From: Alphaproteobacteria bacterium
Lineage (GTDB): Bacteria > Pseudomonadota > Alphaproteobacteria > UBA828
Direction: 5' to 3'
DNA length: 64,000 nt
NCBI GenBank assembly: GCA_963667785.2
Contig: CAXXMU010000006.1
Coordinates: 320,001-384,000, forward strand
Each line of letters begins with the position of its first letter. Position 1 is the stretch's first letter. This document shows, piece after piece, positions 8,256 through 18,713 of this stretch. The translations under genes and the position numbers were made by a program. A model generated the notes under the pieces. The model saw nothing but the letters and a program-made list of their open reading frames with translations. It made no database searches and was not told the origin of the DNA.

Positions 8256-10598
8256 TCAGGACTCGGTCGCGGCCCGCTTCGCAGATCGCCGGTCGAGCGC
8301 CGTCAGCAGCGCCGGCAAGAGCGTCAGGTCGGCAACGAGCGCAAAGGCGATGATCAGCGCGGTAAGGACCCCGACCTGCGCGGTCGGAACGAACGGAGAG
8401 AACACGAAGATGAGAAAACCGGCGACGAGCACGACCGTCGTCGTGAACAGGGCACGGCCGCTCGTGTCGAAGGCGTAGCGCACCGCCTCGTCCGGGTCAT
8501 GGCCGAATTCATGCCGCGCACGGCGGTACTTGCTGAGGAAATGCACCGTATCGTCGACGACGATGCCTATGGTCATGGCCACCACGACAGACAGCGAAAG
8601 ACCGACCTGTCCGACCGCCAATCCCCAGACGCCGAAACCCAGCACGGCGGGAAGCAGGTTGGGAACGATGCTTATCAGGCCCAGCCGCAGCGAGCGTAGA
8701 GCGAAGAGGAGAATGGCGGAGATGGCCAGGAGCACGACCAGCGTCCCGATCAGCACCGCCTGGATGTTGCGCTGCCCGATGTAGGCGAACAGCGCCGAGG
8801 GCCCGGTGCTGTTCACGCTGGCGACATGCGGCGCGTTTTCCTTCAGCCAGGTCTCGGCACGTTCGTTCAGTTCGAGCACATCCTTCGAATAGAGGGTCTC
8901 GGTCGATACCGACATGCGCGTGGCCGACCTGGACCGGTCGATCTGGTTGTTCACGTCGAGACCGTCCGGCAGCGAAAGCTCGTAGAGGAGCAGATATTGC
9001 GCTGCCAGCTCCCGGCTTTCCGGAATCCCGTAAGCGCCCGGGTCGTCGCCGTGCATGCTCTTGTTGAGTTGCCGGAAGGTATCGGTGATGACCGACACGT
9101 GGCGTACCGGTGCCTGCTCCCGGTACCAGTCGGCGAAGTTCGCGACGTCGGCGAGGAAAAGCGGATCCGTGGCGCCGCCTTCGCTGGATGCATGCAGCGA
9201 GTATTCGAGCAGGGTATTCCCGCTCAAGCGCTCATCCATGAAATCCGTGTCCTGCCTGAACTCGACGCTCTCGTCGAAGAAATGGACCAGAACGTCATTG
9301 AGATCGTTGCGCGGAATGCCCAGAGCCATCGCCACCACGACCACCAGCCATCCCGCGAACAGCGCCTTCCTGTGGTGCAGCACGAAATCCGCCACGCGGT
9401 TCATCGAGAGCCCGCGGAAGAGCCGGCGCTCCTTCGGCGCACGCATGGGGAGAAGCGAGAGGATGGCCGGCAGGAAGGTGACGGAAAGTATGAACGACGC
9501 GCCAATGCCGATGGCGACGAAGTTGCCGAGATGGCGGTAGGGCGGAACCTCGGAAAAGTTCATGCTCAGGAAGCCGAGCGCCGTCGTGAGACTCGCCAGA
9601 AACACCGGATGCAAGTTGAGCCGGACGGCTTCGACGATGGCATCGCGCTTGGAATCCCCGGCTCGGAGACGCTGCTGCAACGCCACCAGCAGGTGCACGC
9701 AGTTCGCCACGACAATCATCAACACGATGGTGGGGGCCGGGGAGACGGGCGGCGAAAAGGGCAGGCCGAACCACACGCCGAGGCCCACCGACACGAAAAT
9801 CGAGAAGACGATCACCATCCCGGTCGTCGCCACCCCCGCCCAGCGCCGTGTCAGGAGGCCGAGGATCACGGCCATGAGCAGAAGGCTCGCGGGAAGAAAG
9901 ATCATCTGGCTGCTGAGCGAGGCTTCCACGAAGGTCTGGTTGACCATGACCGTCCCGACGACGCGGAGGTCCATGCCCGGGAATCGCTCTTCCGCCTCCG
10001 CCGCGATCGATCTGGCGAATTCGGCAACCTCGGCGACGGCCTCCAGCAGGCCGTCCTCCGGCAGCTCGACGGTGACGTTCACGACGCTGACATCGCCGTT
10101 CAGGGCCAGGATGCTGCCCGCGATGCGCGGGTCGGACAAAGCGATGGCACGGACGTGCTCCCGCGCTTCGGCTCGGGTCAGCTCCTGGGGATCGACGAGG
10201 TCCCGCACGTACAGGTCGTCGCCGTCGGCGGTCGTGTATTGAAAATTGGCGAGTGAGTCGACGCGCCGGGAATAGGGTGTCTGCCAGGCGGCCTTCGTCA
10301 GCCAGACGGCCGCAGAGAGTGCGTCTTGCGAGGTGGCGTCGCCATCGTCCGGCACGATCAGGAAGGCGATGTTCTCGTGCTTGCCGTACGTATTCTCCAG
10401 CTCCTCGAGCGCCAGAAGCTGCGGATTGTCTTCGTCGAAGAAGATTCGATAGTTGGCAGAGAACTCGAGCTGGGTAACGCCCAGCGTCGCGACCGCAACC
10501 ACGAACACCGTGGCCGCGATGACCCACCAGCGAGCCGCAAGCACCCGCTCGGCAAATCGCTTAGCGAATTGCTCTCTTGCTATCTCGGGCTTATCCAC
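8256..10598 (-). CDS. MMPL/RND-family transporter
   Basis: Two repeats of (TM + periplasmic loop + 5 TM); GIVVDDTVHFL and ASLTTALGF motifs. Confidence 0.9.
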   Translation of the reverse strand: MDKPEIAREQFAKRFAERVLAARWWVIAATVFVVAVATLGVTQLEFSANYRIFFDEDNPQLLALEELENTYGKHENIAFLIVPDDGDATSQDALSAAVWLTKAAWQTPYSRRVDSLANFQYTTADGDDLYVRDLVDPQELTRAEAREHVRAIALSDPRIAGSILALNGDVSVVNVTVELPEDGLLEAVAEVAEFARSIAAEAEERFPGMDLRVVGTVMVNQTFVEASLSSQMIFLPASLLLMAVILGLLTRRWAGVATTGMVIVFSIFVSVGLGVWFGLPFSPPVSPAPTIVLMIVVANCVHLLVALQQRLRAGDSKRDAIVEAVRLNLHPVFLASLTTALGFLSMNFSEVPPYRHLGNFVAIGIGASFILSVTFLPAILSLLPMRAPKERRLFRGLSMNRVADFVLHHRKALFAGWLVVVVAMALGIPRNDLNDVLVHFFDESVEFRQDTDFMDERLSGNTLLEYSLHASSEGGATDPLFLADVANFADWYREQAPVRHVSVITDTFRQLNKSMHGDDPGAYGIPESRELAAQYLLLYELSLPDGLDVNNQIDRSRSATRMSVSTETLYSKDVLELNERAETWLKENAPHVASVNSTGPSALFAYIGQRNIQAVLIGTLVVLLAISAILLFALRSLRLGLISIVPNLLPAVLGFGVWGLAVGQVGLSLSVVVAMTIGIVVDDTVHFLSKYRRARHEFGHDPDEAVRYAFDTSGRALFTTTVVLVAGFLIFVFSPFVPTAQVGVLTALIIAFALVADLTLLPALLTALDRRSAKRAATES

Positions 10599-10620
10599 TG
10601 GACTGGCGCCACCTTTCCGC

Positions 10621-13563
10621 TCACGCGATCTGCCTCCTGACCAGTTCCCTGAATACGCCGTCGGCCTCCATGAGTTCGGCGAAGGAGCCGCTCTGCACGA
10701 CTCTTCCGGCCTGCAATACGTAGATTCGGTCGGCCTGTTCCAGCGTGGACAGGCGGTGGGCGATGACGAGCCGGGTGGACGTCAGGGCGGCGAGGTTGCG
10801 CATGACCTTGGCCTGGTTCTCGTTGTCCAGCCAGTTGGTGGCCTCGTCGAACAGCATGATCCGCGGGCTGCCAATGACCGAGCGGGCGATCGTCAGGCGC
10901 TGGCTCTCGCCGCCGGACAGCACCGCCCCGCTGGTGCCGACCATGGTCATCATGCCCATGGGCATGCTCTTGATTTCGGCCTCGAGCTCGGCGATCCGGA
11001 CCGCCGTCCAGACCTCCTCGCTGGCCACGTCGTCGTGGTGGCCGACCAGGTTATCCCAAAGATCCTGTGGATGGAGTCCGACCGATTGCGGTACCGCGCC
11101 GATTCTCCGGCGCACCTGCCTCAGGTTCAGGTGCCTCAGATCGCGGCCGTCGTAATACACCGCGCCGGCGGTAGGCCGGTCTATGCCAAGCGCGAGCCGG
11201 AAGAGCGTGCTCTTGCCGGCCCCGGACTCGCCGGCAATCGCGACGAATTCCCCGGCACGGGCGCGAATGGTGACGTCGTCGAGAACCAGCGGGCCATCAG
11301 GATCGTAACGGAAGGAGATGCGGTCGAACAAAATGTCGCCGCCCAAGTACTCGACCGGCTCTCCTTCGAGCTCGGTTTCAGGAGCCGCGGCGAGCAGCGG
11401 ACGCATCTGATCGAACGCCGGCAGCATGGCGACAATGGTGCCGAAGGACTCTCCGAGGCGGGCGATGGCAGACTGGAACGTGATGAAGACGATGTAGACG
11501 ACGAGAAAATCGCCGACCGGAACGGCCCGATCGCCCACCGCGATCACCGCGAAGAGTAGCACCCCGCCGGCGAGAAACGGGAGCGCGGCACCGAACGCCC
11601 GTGAATGCCCCTCCAGCGCATTCAGCTCCAGCTCCGCCCGCTTCTGCTCGCGATAGTCTCGCGCCCAGATCGCGAACGCCGATCCTTCCGCGTTTTCCAC
11701 ACGCAGCTTGGCGATGCCGCCCACGATCTGGAACAGCCGGCCGGCGACGCGACGCGCCGCACCGATCATCCGCCCATAGGGCGAAATCTGGCGCAACCCG
11801 AGGAGGACGGTGACCAGCAGCGACGCCAGGCTGAAGGCGAGCGCAATGGCTCCGAGAGTCGCATCGTAGAAGAAGATGACGCCGAAGACCGGAAGCAGGA
11901 AAACGATCGACAGCAGGCTGTCGGCGACGATTCCCTGCACACCGTCGCGAAGGGTCTGGAACGTCATTCCCGACATGGCCAGATCGCCGGCCGGATGGCG
12001 GCGCAGGACGCTCGGCGGCAAGCGCATGAGGCGGTCCCACACGGCAGCTTCGACCCGCGACGCCGAGCGCCCCTCGAGCCGCATCATGGCCGTGCTCTGA
12101 GCCATGTGCAGCAGTGCACCGAGCAGGCCGAACACCGCCACCACCACGGCAACAACGTAGAGCGCTCCGACGTTTCCGCCCGTCGCGACGTGACTTGCGA
12201 CGAAGCCAAGCGCGATCGCCGGCAGCAGCTTGATCAGGCCGCCCGGAAGACCGGCAATCACCAGCCGCGCCAGATCCGGGGCCGATCCATGCAGGGCGAT
12301 ACCCAGCAGGTCTGCCGGTTTCACGTTCCCCGACGGCAATGGCCGATAGAACATCCAGGCTTCGTCGCCCAGCGCATCGGCGCGCTCCGCCGTCATCCGA
12401 ACGCTGCGCTTGCTGACCGGGTCGACTTCCCGGTAGCGCCCGAGCATCCCCGGCAATAGCGCTACGGGCCGGCCGTCTTCGGCGCGGAATGCCAGCAACG
12501 CGTTGCTGTCGCCGCGCCACCAGTCGCCCTCGTCCTTGAGCCGCACGCGCCGGGCACGCACGCCCGACGCATCGAGAACGTCAACGAGGCCGATCGGAGA
12601 TTCGGACGGTCCCGAGCGCGCCGGAATCCTGAAATCGATGCCCTCACGGCGGCCGATGATGTGCAGGGCATCCGTGAGGGACGTGTCCTCGACGCTTGCA
12701 TCCCGTTCGATCGGACGATCGTAGATGTTGTAGAGCCGCTGCCGCGCAGCTCGTTCTGCCGTCCGGCGGCTGGTGGTTCGCGCGCGTTCGAGATTCGCCT
12801 CGTCGACCATCGCCAGCCGGCGGTTGAGGCGCTCCAGGGCGAGAGCAACCGCGTGAAAGGAGGCGAGCGCGGGCAGCAGCTTGCCCGTTCGCGCCAGAGC
12901 CTCGGTCGACTTGCCGGAAAGAGTCGCCTCGTCGAACAAGGTGAGCCAGCTCGTCCTCGTCAGCGCTATCACGGCGTCGTGCGGACCGCCGGTCCCGGCA
13001 AGCTCCGACTGGTCGACGACATCCATGAACAGGCTCGTGCCGGGTGGCGGTTGGGATACCCACACCACGCCGCGCCGCACCGACAGCGTGCAGGGGGCGA
13101 GCGCCCGTGTCATGCCGGGCTCGGCCAGCGCGGTCGGACGCGGGAGGCGACCCGCGAAACGCGACAACGTCTCGGTAATGGCGTTCAGCCATGTGTTGGT
13201 CTGCTCCGCCAGCTCCGACGGCCGAACCTCCGACAGCAGGGATGTCGGCAGGCGTCTCAGGAGAGTACCGGGCTGTCCCTTGGCGATCAGGCTGAGCGTC
13301 GTGCCTTCGTCGTCGTCTCCTTCATCCGGTGCGACGCCCGGCACCAGCCATCCCGCGTCGCGGCGCAGCAGGTGCTGCGGCGCCGCCTGCTCGACGCCGT
13401 CCTTGAATTCGACCAGGAACAGATTGACGGCACCCTGATCGATGAACCAGACACTGTCCGGGTCGTCGAGCGTCACGGGCAGATTGCCCGCGCAGGGCAC
13501 CGACGTGCCGGCGCGCTCGGCGAGCGCGGCCAACGAGGTATATGCCGTCCCGGCGCCCTGCAT
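10621..13563 (-). CDS. NHLP bacteriocin-system ABC transporter permease/ATPase (no peptidase)
   Basis: Walker A GESGAGKST, LSGGE, FDEATNWLD. ATG at 13563 overlaps the upstream TGA (TGATG). Confidence 0.88.
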   Translation of the reverse strand: MQGAGTAYTSLAALAERAGTSVPCAGNLPVTLDDPDSVWFIDQGAVNLFLVEFKDGVEQAAPQHLLRRDAGWLVPGVAPDEGDDDEGTTLSLIAKGQPGTLLRRLPTSLLSEVRPSELAEQTNTWLNAITETLSRFAGRLPRPTALAEPGMTRALAPCTLSVRRGVVWVSQPPPGTSLFMDVVDQSELAGTGGPHDAVIALTRTSWLTLFDEATLSGKSTEALARTGKLLPALASFHAVALALERLNRRLAMVDEANLERARTTSRRTAERAARQRLYNIYDRPIERDASVEDTSLTDALHIIGRREGIDFRIPARSGPSESPIGLVDVLDASGVRARRVRLKDEGDWWRGDSNALLAFRAEDGRPVALLPGMLGRYREVDPVSKRSVRMTAERADALGDEAWMFYRPLPSGNVKPADLLGIALHGSAPDLARLVIAGLPGGLIKLLPAIALGFVASHVATGGNVGALYVVAVVVAVFGLLGALLHMAQSTAMMRLEGRSASRVEAAVWDRLMRLPPSVLRRHPAGDLAMSGMTFQTLRDGVQGIVADSLLSIVFLLPVFGVIFFYDATLGAIALAFSLASLLVTVLLGLRQISPYGRMIGAARRVAGRLFQIVGGIAKLRVENAEGSAFAIWARDYREQKRAELELNALEGHSRAFGAALPFLAGGVLLFAVIAVGDRAVPVGDFLVVYIVFITFQSAIARLGESFGTIVAMLPAFDQMRPLLAAAPETELEGEPVEYLGGDILFDRISFRYDPDGPLVLDDVTIRARAGEFVAIAGESGAGKSTLFRLALGIDRPTAGAVYYDGRDLRHLNLRQVRRRIGAVPQSVGLHPQDLWDNLVGHHDDVASEEVWTAVRIAELEAEIKSMPMGMMTMVGTSGAVLSGGESQRLTIARSVIGSPRIMLFDEATNWLDNENQAKVMRNLAALTSTRLVIAHRLSTLEQADRIYVLQAGRVVQSGSFAELMEADGVFRELVRRQIA

Positions 13564-15773
13564 CAGCCTGACCTCGCCAGCTTGAAATAGGTGCCGTCCC
13601 GGTCCGCGATCAGCTCCTCGTGCGTGCCGCGCTGCACTTCGACGCCCTTGTCGAGCACGATGATCTCGTCGCAATCCCGCACGGTGCTGAGCCGGTGTGC
13701 GACGATCAGGCAGGTGGTGCCGCGACGCCGCAAGGCGTCGTCCACGCGTTCCTCCGTCGCGGCGTCGAGGGCGCTGGTCGCTTCGTCCAGAATCAGCAGG
13801 GTCGGATTGCCGACCAGCGCACGGGCGATCTCCAGCCGTTGCCGCTGACCGCCGCTGAAATTCGCCCCGCCTTCCTCGACGAGGGTCGAATACCCCTGCG
13901 GCCTGACGAGAATTTCGTCATGGATTCCCGCATCCCGCGTCGCGGCGAAGATGGCTTCATCGGGAACAGCCGGGTTCCACAGGGTGATGTTGTCGCGAAG
14001 GGTGGCGGAAAAGAGCACGACGTCCTGATCCACCATGGAAATGGACTGCCGCAGCACTTCCTCCGGAATCTCGTCCCGCACGTGGCCGTCGAACAGAATC
14101 TCACCCGACCAGGGCTGATAGACGCCCGAAACCAGTCGCGCCAGGGTCGACTTGCCGGACCCGCTGGGGCCGACCACCGCAACGCGATGCCCCGGCTTGA
14201 TCACGAGGTTGAAGTCCTTGATCAAGGGCGGCCGGCTCTTGTTGAACCCGAAGGTGATGTTTCGCAGCTCGAGCTGGCCGGCAAGCTGGAGCCGGCCGTT
14301 GAACGTGGGGATCGATTCCGATTCCGGACTGCGGCGCTCGAACACGGGGTCTTCGGCGGCCTTGGAAATGTCGTCCAGGCGCTGCAAGTCGGTTTCCAGC
14401 GCCTGGCGCTTCTCGGCGAACTCCAGGAAGCGCCCGACGGGTGCCAGAAACATCTCCGCCAGTATGTAGAACCCGACCAGCGTCCCCAGCGTCATGTCTC
14501 CGGCCATGACAAGACTTCCTCCGAAGCCCAGGATCGCCGCGCTGCGAAGTGCGGCAATCAGGCCCGGAAGCGCGGTATTGACGGAACCCAGTTCCGAATA
14601 GAGCTGGCGCGCCCGAAGCTCGCGCGCCTGCTGACCGCTCCAGCGCGAAAAGAAGCGGTCATCCGCGCCCGTCATGCGCAGGTTTTCCGCGTGATTCAGC
14701 ATCTGCATGCCGAAGCCGATCAGCAGGCCTTGTTCGCGCCTCATTGCCTGACTTCGAACGGCCCGGAGCCCGTTGAGAAAGTGAGCCAGAATTCCGTGCA
14801 GAAGGGCAAGAAACAACACGATCAGCGTCAGCAGTGCATCGTAGGCGAACATCGCGATGAGCAATATCACGCTCATCGCCATGTCGATGATGAGCACGAG
14901 GAACTGATCCGTCAGATTCTTTGCGACTCTGTCGATGGACGAGACTCGATCGGTGAGGTCGCCGACCAGTCTGTGTTCGAAGAAATCCACCGGCAATCGC
15001 AGCAGCCGGGTCAAGCCCCGACTGTAGCCAATCACTGAAATTCGGACGGCCAGTCGCTTCAGGAACCGGTGCTTGAGCAGCGAGAGAACGTAGACCAGTA
15101 CACCGCCGCCCAGCAACGCCGCCACCACTCCGCCCCACGCCCCGTGGTTTTCCAGAACGTCGTCCACGAACACGCCGAGAGAAGCGGGAACGATGAGCGT
15201 GAGCAGCGTCAACAGGAGTCCGCAGGCAAGAAGTCCCGCAACCACACGCCACGACTCCACGGGCAGGCTGCTCAACTGCCTGACCAGGCCGATGCGCTCG
15301 CCACCGGGCGTGAAGTCGGCACCGCGGCTGAACTGCAACGCTATTCCACTGTAGCTCCGCGTGAACTCTTCTGCGGAAACCCGGCGCCGACCGGTCGCCG
15401 GATCATTGAGATGGAAATAGCGGTCGTCAAACCCTTCGAGAATGACGAAATGGCTGAATTGCCAGAACAGAATCAGGGGTAACTGCAGCCTTTTCAGCTG
15501 CTCGGCCCGCACGCTGAGTCCCCTGCATTCGAGACCGTAATGTCTTGAGGCGCGCAAGATGCTCGCGGCACTGCTGCCGTCCCGGCTCACCTCGCATTTC
15601 TCGCGCAATTCGGTAGGTGGCACCCAGCGTCCGAAGTAGGCCAGGACGCTGCCGAGGCAGGTGGCGCCACATTCCGATGCATGCATCTGCAACAGAATTG
15701 GCGTCGTTACCCTTCGTTTCGAGACGTCCGCGCCGGCCTTGTCGCTTGCCCCCTTGGAGGCGCGCAGGGGCAT
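13563..15773 (-). CDS. NHLP bacteriocin export ABC transporter with C39 peptidase (PCAT)
   Basis: LQMHASECGATCL (catalytic Cys), HFVILEG, GPSGSGKST, FSGGQ, DEATSALD. Confidence 0.92.
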   Translation of the reverse strand: MPLRASKGASDKAGADVSKRRVTTPILLQMHASECGATCLGSVLAYFGRWVPPTELREKCEVSRDGSSAASILRASRHYGLECRGLSVRAEQLKRLQLPLILFWQFSHFVILEGFDDRYFHLNDPATGRRRVSAEEFTRSYSGIALQFSRGADFTPGGERIGLVRQLSSLPVESWRVVAGLLACGLLLTLLTLIVPASLGVFVDDVLENHGAWGGVVAALLGGGVLVYVLSLLKHRFLKRLAVRISVIGYSRGLTRLLRLPVDFFEHRLVGDLTDRVSSIDRVAKNLTDQFLVLIIDMAMSVILLIAMFAYDALLTLIVLFLALLHGILAHFLNGLRAVRSQAMRREQGLLIGFGMQMLNHAENLRMTGADDRFFSRWSGQQARELRARQLYSELGSVNTALPGLIAALRSAAILGFGGSLVMAGDMTLGTLVGFYILAEMFLAPVGRFLEFAEKRQALETDLQRLDDISKAAEDPVFERRSPESESIPTFNGRLQLAGQLELRNITFGFNKSRPPLIKDFNLVIKPGHRVAVVGPSGSGKSTLARLVSGVYQPWSGEILFDGHVRDEIPEEVLRQSISMVDQDVVLFSATLRDNITLWNPAVPDEAIFAATRDAGIHDEILVRPQGYSTLVEEGGANFSGGQRQRLEIARALVGNPTLLILDEATSALDAATEERVDDALRRRGTTCLIVAHRLSTVRDCDEIIVLDKGVEVQRGTHEELIADRDGTYFKLARSG

Positions 15774-15774
15774 T

Positions 15775-16326
15775 TTATGATCGCCTCATTTGCAGGAAGG
15801 CGACCGGCGACTGTCTGCCGAGCTCGATGACGATCCGGCATTCTCTGCTCGCAAGGGATGCAATATCCAAACCGGCATCGAGCGCAATCTCGATTCGGTG
15901 CATCAGGACCGGCGCCGCACCCTCCAACGTCGCCAGCGAGCCGGACAGCGGTACGGCGGAAACGCTCGCGACCTCTCCGTCCCGGGTGGCCGCCTCTCCA
16001 TCCGCCATGACGAGCTCGATCACTGCCGGCAGTCCCGCCTTGATATTCGGCGCGAATTCGCTCTCGATCCAGACGAGGGCCTGCACGGACTCGCTGTCGA
16101 CGCCCAGGCTTTCGCCGGGCTCGATAAGGACGCCGTCTACCGAATGGCTGCGCGCTACATCGCCAAAGACGAGCCATGCTGCCAGCGCAACCAGCAACAG
16201 GGCGATACCCGCGACGAGCAGGCGCTCCCGCGGTGTGGAAATCGTCAGAAGCCGGTCGAGTTGTTCGCGTTCTTCTTTTGCCTTGGCAACTGTATCATGA
16301 AAGGAGTCAAAGGGATTATTGAACAC
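15775..16326 (-). CDS. Short NHLP-system HlyD-like secretion accessory protein
   Basis: EQLDRLLTISTPRERL + TM helix typical of NHLP secretion proteins, then a beta-rich domain. About 183 aa from the GTG at 16326 (GGAGG upstream). Confidence 0.7.
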   Translation of the reverse strand: MFNNPFDSFHDTVAKAKEEREQLDRLLTISTPRERLLVAGIALLLVALAAWLVFGDVARSHSVDGVLIEPGESLGVDSESVQALVWIESEFAPNIKAGLPAVIELVMADGEAATRDGEVASVSAVPLSGSLATLEGAAPVLMHRIEIALDAGLDIASLASRECRIVIELGRQSPVAFLQMRRS

Positions 16327-16403
16327 GACCGCCGTAGCCTCCGCAAAGAAATCGGCCAATTCCAAGAAAAAGCTGATGTGACTTGCGTGGCGCTTTGTCG
16401 AAT

Positions 16404-16432
16404 CCTATACAAGCTCGACCGAAAAAGGTCAA
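16404..16432 (-). promoter_or_regulatory. Candidate sigma70 promoter of the export operon
   Basis: Minus strand TTGACC-N17-TATAGG with TG just upstream of the -10. Confidence 0.5.
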
Positions 16433-16614
16433 GTCTTGGGACTCCCGGCAAATTCGGCTTGACGTGCTTCGGTTGAGTGCGACCATCCTGCGGCGCGCGC
16501 CGCCACCGTGTCGCGAATCCCATGCAGAGGATGCGTCCTGAAGTTGCCGGATAGTCCGGGACTTCGCCCTTTCCGGGAAGTCAAGGTACAATACGCGGTG
16601 CTCATCACTGGACG

Positions 16615-17493
16615 TTGCGGATGTTCCCTGGGCACGAAACCGGCGACAGGCGCGTTGCCCACCACGGCTGGGCCAGGCGCTTTAGGTTCTCCCTGCGCGC
16701 GTCGTCGGCAGTCCTGATTCTGATGCTGGCGGGCTTATGCCTGCAATTTGTGGAAGCCCTCGCCCAGGACGAAACGCCGGAGGAAAAGGGCCTCAGGATT
16801 GCGCGTGAAGCCAGCGCCCGCAACGACGGTTTCGGCGACTTCACCGCCGAGATGACGATGGTGCTGCGCGATCGCCACGGTCGGGAAAGTGTCCGTCAAA
16901 TGCGCCTCAAGGTGCTGGAGGTGCCGGAAGACGGCGACAGGAGCCTGTTCGTGTTCGATCAGCCGCGAGACGTGCAGGGAACCGCCCTGCTCACCCATGC
17001 CCACGTCAACGCGCCGGACGACCAATGGCTCTATCTGCCGGCCCTGAAAAGGGTGAAGCGCATCAACGCCTCGAGGCGTTCGGGGGCCTTCATGGGAAGC
17101 GAGTTTTCATACGAAGACATGAGCTCGCAGGAGGTGGACGAATACAACTACAAGTACCTTCGCGACGAGCCCTGCGGGGAACTGACCTGTACGGTGACCG
17201 AGCAAATTCCCCTGGACAAGGAGTCCGGATACAGCCGCAGAATCGCTTGGCAAGACACGATCGAGCTTCGAATCTGGAAGATGGAGCTTTACGACCGAAA
17301 GAACTCGCACCTGAAGACCCTTACACTCGTGGGTTATCAGCAGTATCTGGATCGGTACTGGCGGGCGGGGGAGCAGACCATGGTGAACCACCTCACCGGA
17401 GCGAGCACGGTTCTCAAGTGGTCAGGTTTTCAGTTTCGCAACAATCTTAGCGAGAGCGAATTTACCCAGACGGCACTTAGACGCGTGCGCTGA
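16615..17493 (+). CDS. Outer-membrane lipoprotein-sorting (LolA-like) periplasmic protein
   Basis: Signal peptide ending ALA-QD; family motifs DDQWLYLPALKRVKRI and FMGSEFSYEDM. True start may lie downstream of 16615. Confidence 0.85.
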   Translation: MRMFPGHETGDRRVAHHGWARRFRFSLRASSAVLILMLAGLCLQFVEALAQDETPEEKGLRIAREASARNDGFGDFTAEMTMVLRDRHGRESVRQMRLKVLEVPEDGDRSLFVFDQPRDVQGTALLTHAHVNAPDDQWLYLPALKRVKRINASRRSGAFMGSEFSYEDMSSQEVDEYNYKYLRDEPCGELTCTVTEQIPLDKESGYSRRIAWQDTIELRIWKMELYDRKNSHLKTLTLVGYQQYLDRYWRAGEQTMVNHLTGASTVLKWSGFQFRNNLSESEFTQTALRRVR

Positions 17494-18713
17494 TGCGAGT
17501 CGGCGGTGCAATTGCGGCCCTCCTGTTCTTGGCCGCCGCAAGCGCCAAGGCACAAACTCTGGATTACTCGGGCGACCTGAGCCTGGAGGGGCGGTGGTAT
17601 CCGCAATCGCCGGCGTTCCCGGATCAGCGCTCCGGCACCGGCGGACTGGTCGTCAAGCCGACTGTCTACGGCGATTTGGGGGAATCGACCAGCTTTGCTG
17701 TCTCCGCGTTCTATCGGTACGACAGCGCCGATTCGCGGCGCACGCACGCGGACCTGCGCGAGGCGTATCTCCTGACCTACGGAGACTGGGAGGACATTTC
17801 CTGGGAGCTCAGGCTGGGCATTGACCGCGTTTTCTGGGGCGTTGCCGAGCTGACCAACCTCGTGGATATCGTCAACCAATTGGACCTCGTCGAGCATCCC
17901 CGCAATCGACCGAAGCTCGGCCAACCCATGGCGCACCTGACGATATTCGGCGACTGGGGCATCGCCGAGACGTTCGTGCTGCCGTATCATCGCAAGCGCC
18001 CCTCTGCGGGACGTCACGGGCGTCACCGTTCCGGCTTTCTGATTGACGAAAGCGCCTTGTACGAGAGCGGTGCCGGAGAACGTCACGTCGACTTCGCCTT
18101 TCGCTACAGCAACACCGTGGATTTGCTCGATTTCGGCCTGACGGCATTTGCCGGAACAAGCCGCGAGCCGTCTTTTCTCGCCCGCCATCAATCCGAGACG
18201 ATCGGCGCGGCCCTGATTCCGTACTACGAGCAAATCCGGCAATTCGGATTGGACGCGCAGCTCACGACCGAGCCATGGCTTTACAAAATGGAGGCGATTT
18301 ACCGCAGCGGAGCGCACAATCTCCTGGGCCGGGAGGAGGATTACGGCGCCGTCATCGTCGGCACGGAACGCACCCTCTACGCCGTGTTCGATACCCGAGC
18401 CGACCTGACCGTCCTGGCCGAGACGCTCTACGACGGACGCGATCGTCGTGCGACGAGTGCCTGGGCGAACGACCTGTTTGTCGCGGGGTCCGTCGCATTC
18501 AACGACGTGCAGAGCACCACGCTCGTTGCCGGCATCCTGGCCGACCTCCGCCACGATTATCGTGTGTTGAGCCTGGATCTGAAACGTCGGCTGTCGAGCG
18601 GCTGGTCGATGCGCGTGGAGGCCATCGCGAATCTCAGCATGGATCCGCAGGACCTGACTTACGATGGACGGCGCGACAGCTTCCTGGGCGCAGAAGTCAC
18701 GTACAGCTTCTGA
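17493..18713 (+). CDS. Outer-membrane beta-barrel protein
   Basis: Signal peptide (AKA-QT), DLREAY...LRLG..RVFWG motif, amphipathic strands, C-terminal VTYSF; translationally coupled (TGATG). Confidence 0.75.
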   Translation: MRVGGAIAALLFLAAASAKAQTLDYSGDLSLEGRWYPQSPAFPDQRSGTGGLVVKPTVYGDLGESTSFAVSAFYRYDSADSRRTHADLREAYLLTYGDWEDISWELRLGIDRVFWGVAELTNLVDIVNQLDLVEHPRNRPKLGQPMAHLTIFGDWGIAETFVLPYHRKRPSAGRHGRHRSGFLIDESALYESGAGERHVDFAFRYSNTVDLLDFGLTAFAGTSREPSFLARHQSETIGAALIPYYEQIRQFGLDAQLTTEPWLYKMEAIYRSGAHNLLGREEDYGAVIVGTERTLYAVFDTRADLTVLAETLYDGRDRRATSAWANDLFVAGSVAFNDVQSTTLVAGILADLRHDYRVLSLDLKRRLSSGWSMRVEAIANLSMDPQDLTYDGRRDSFLGAEVTYSF

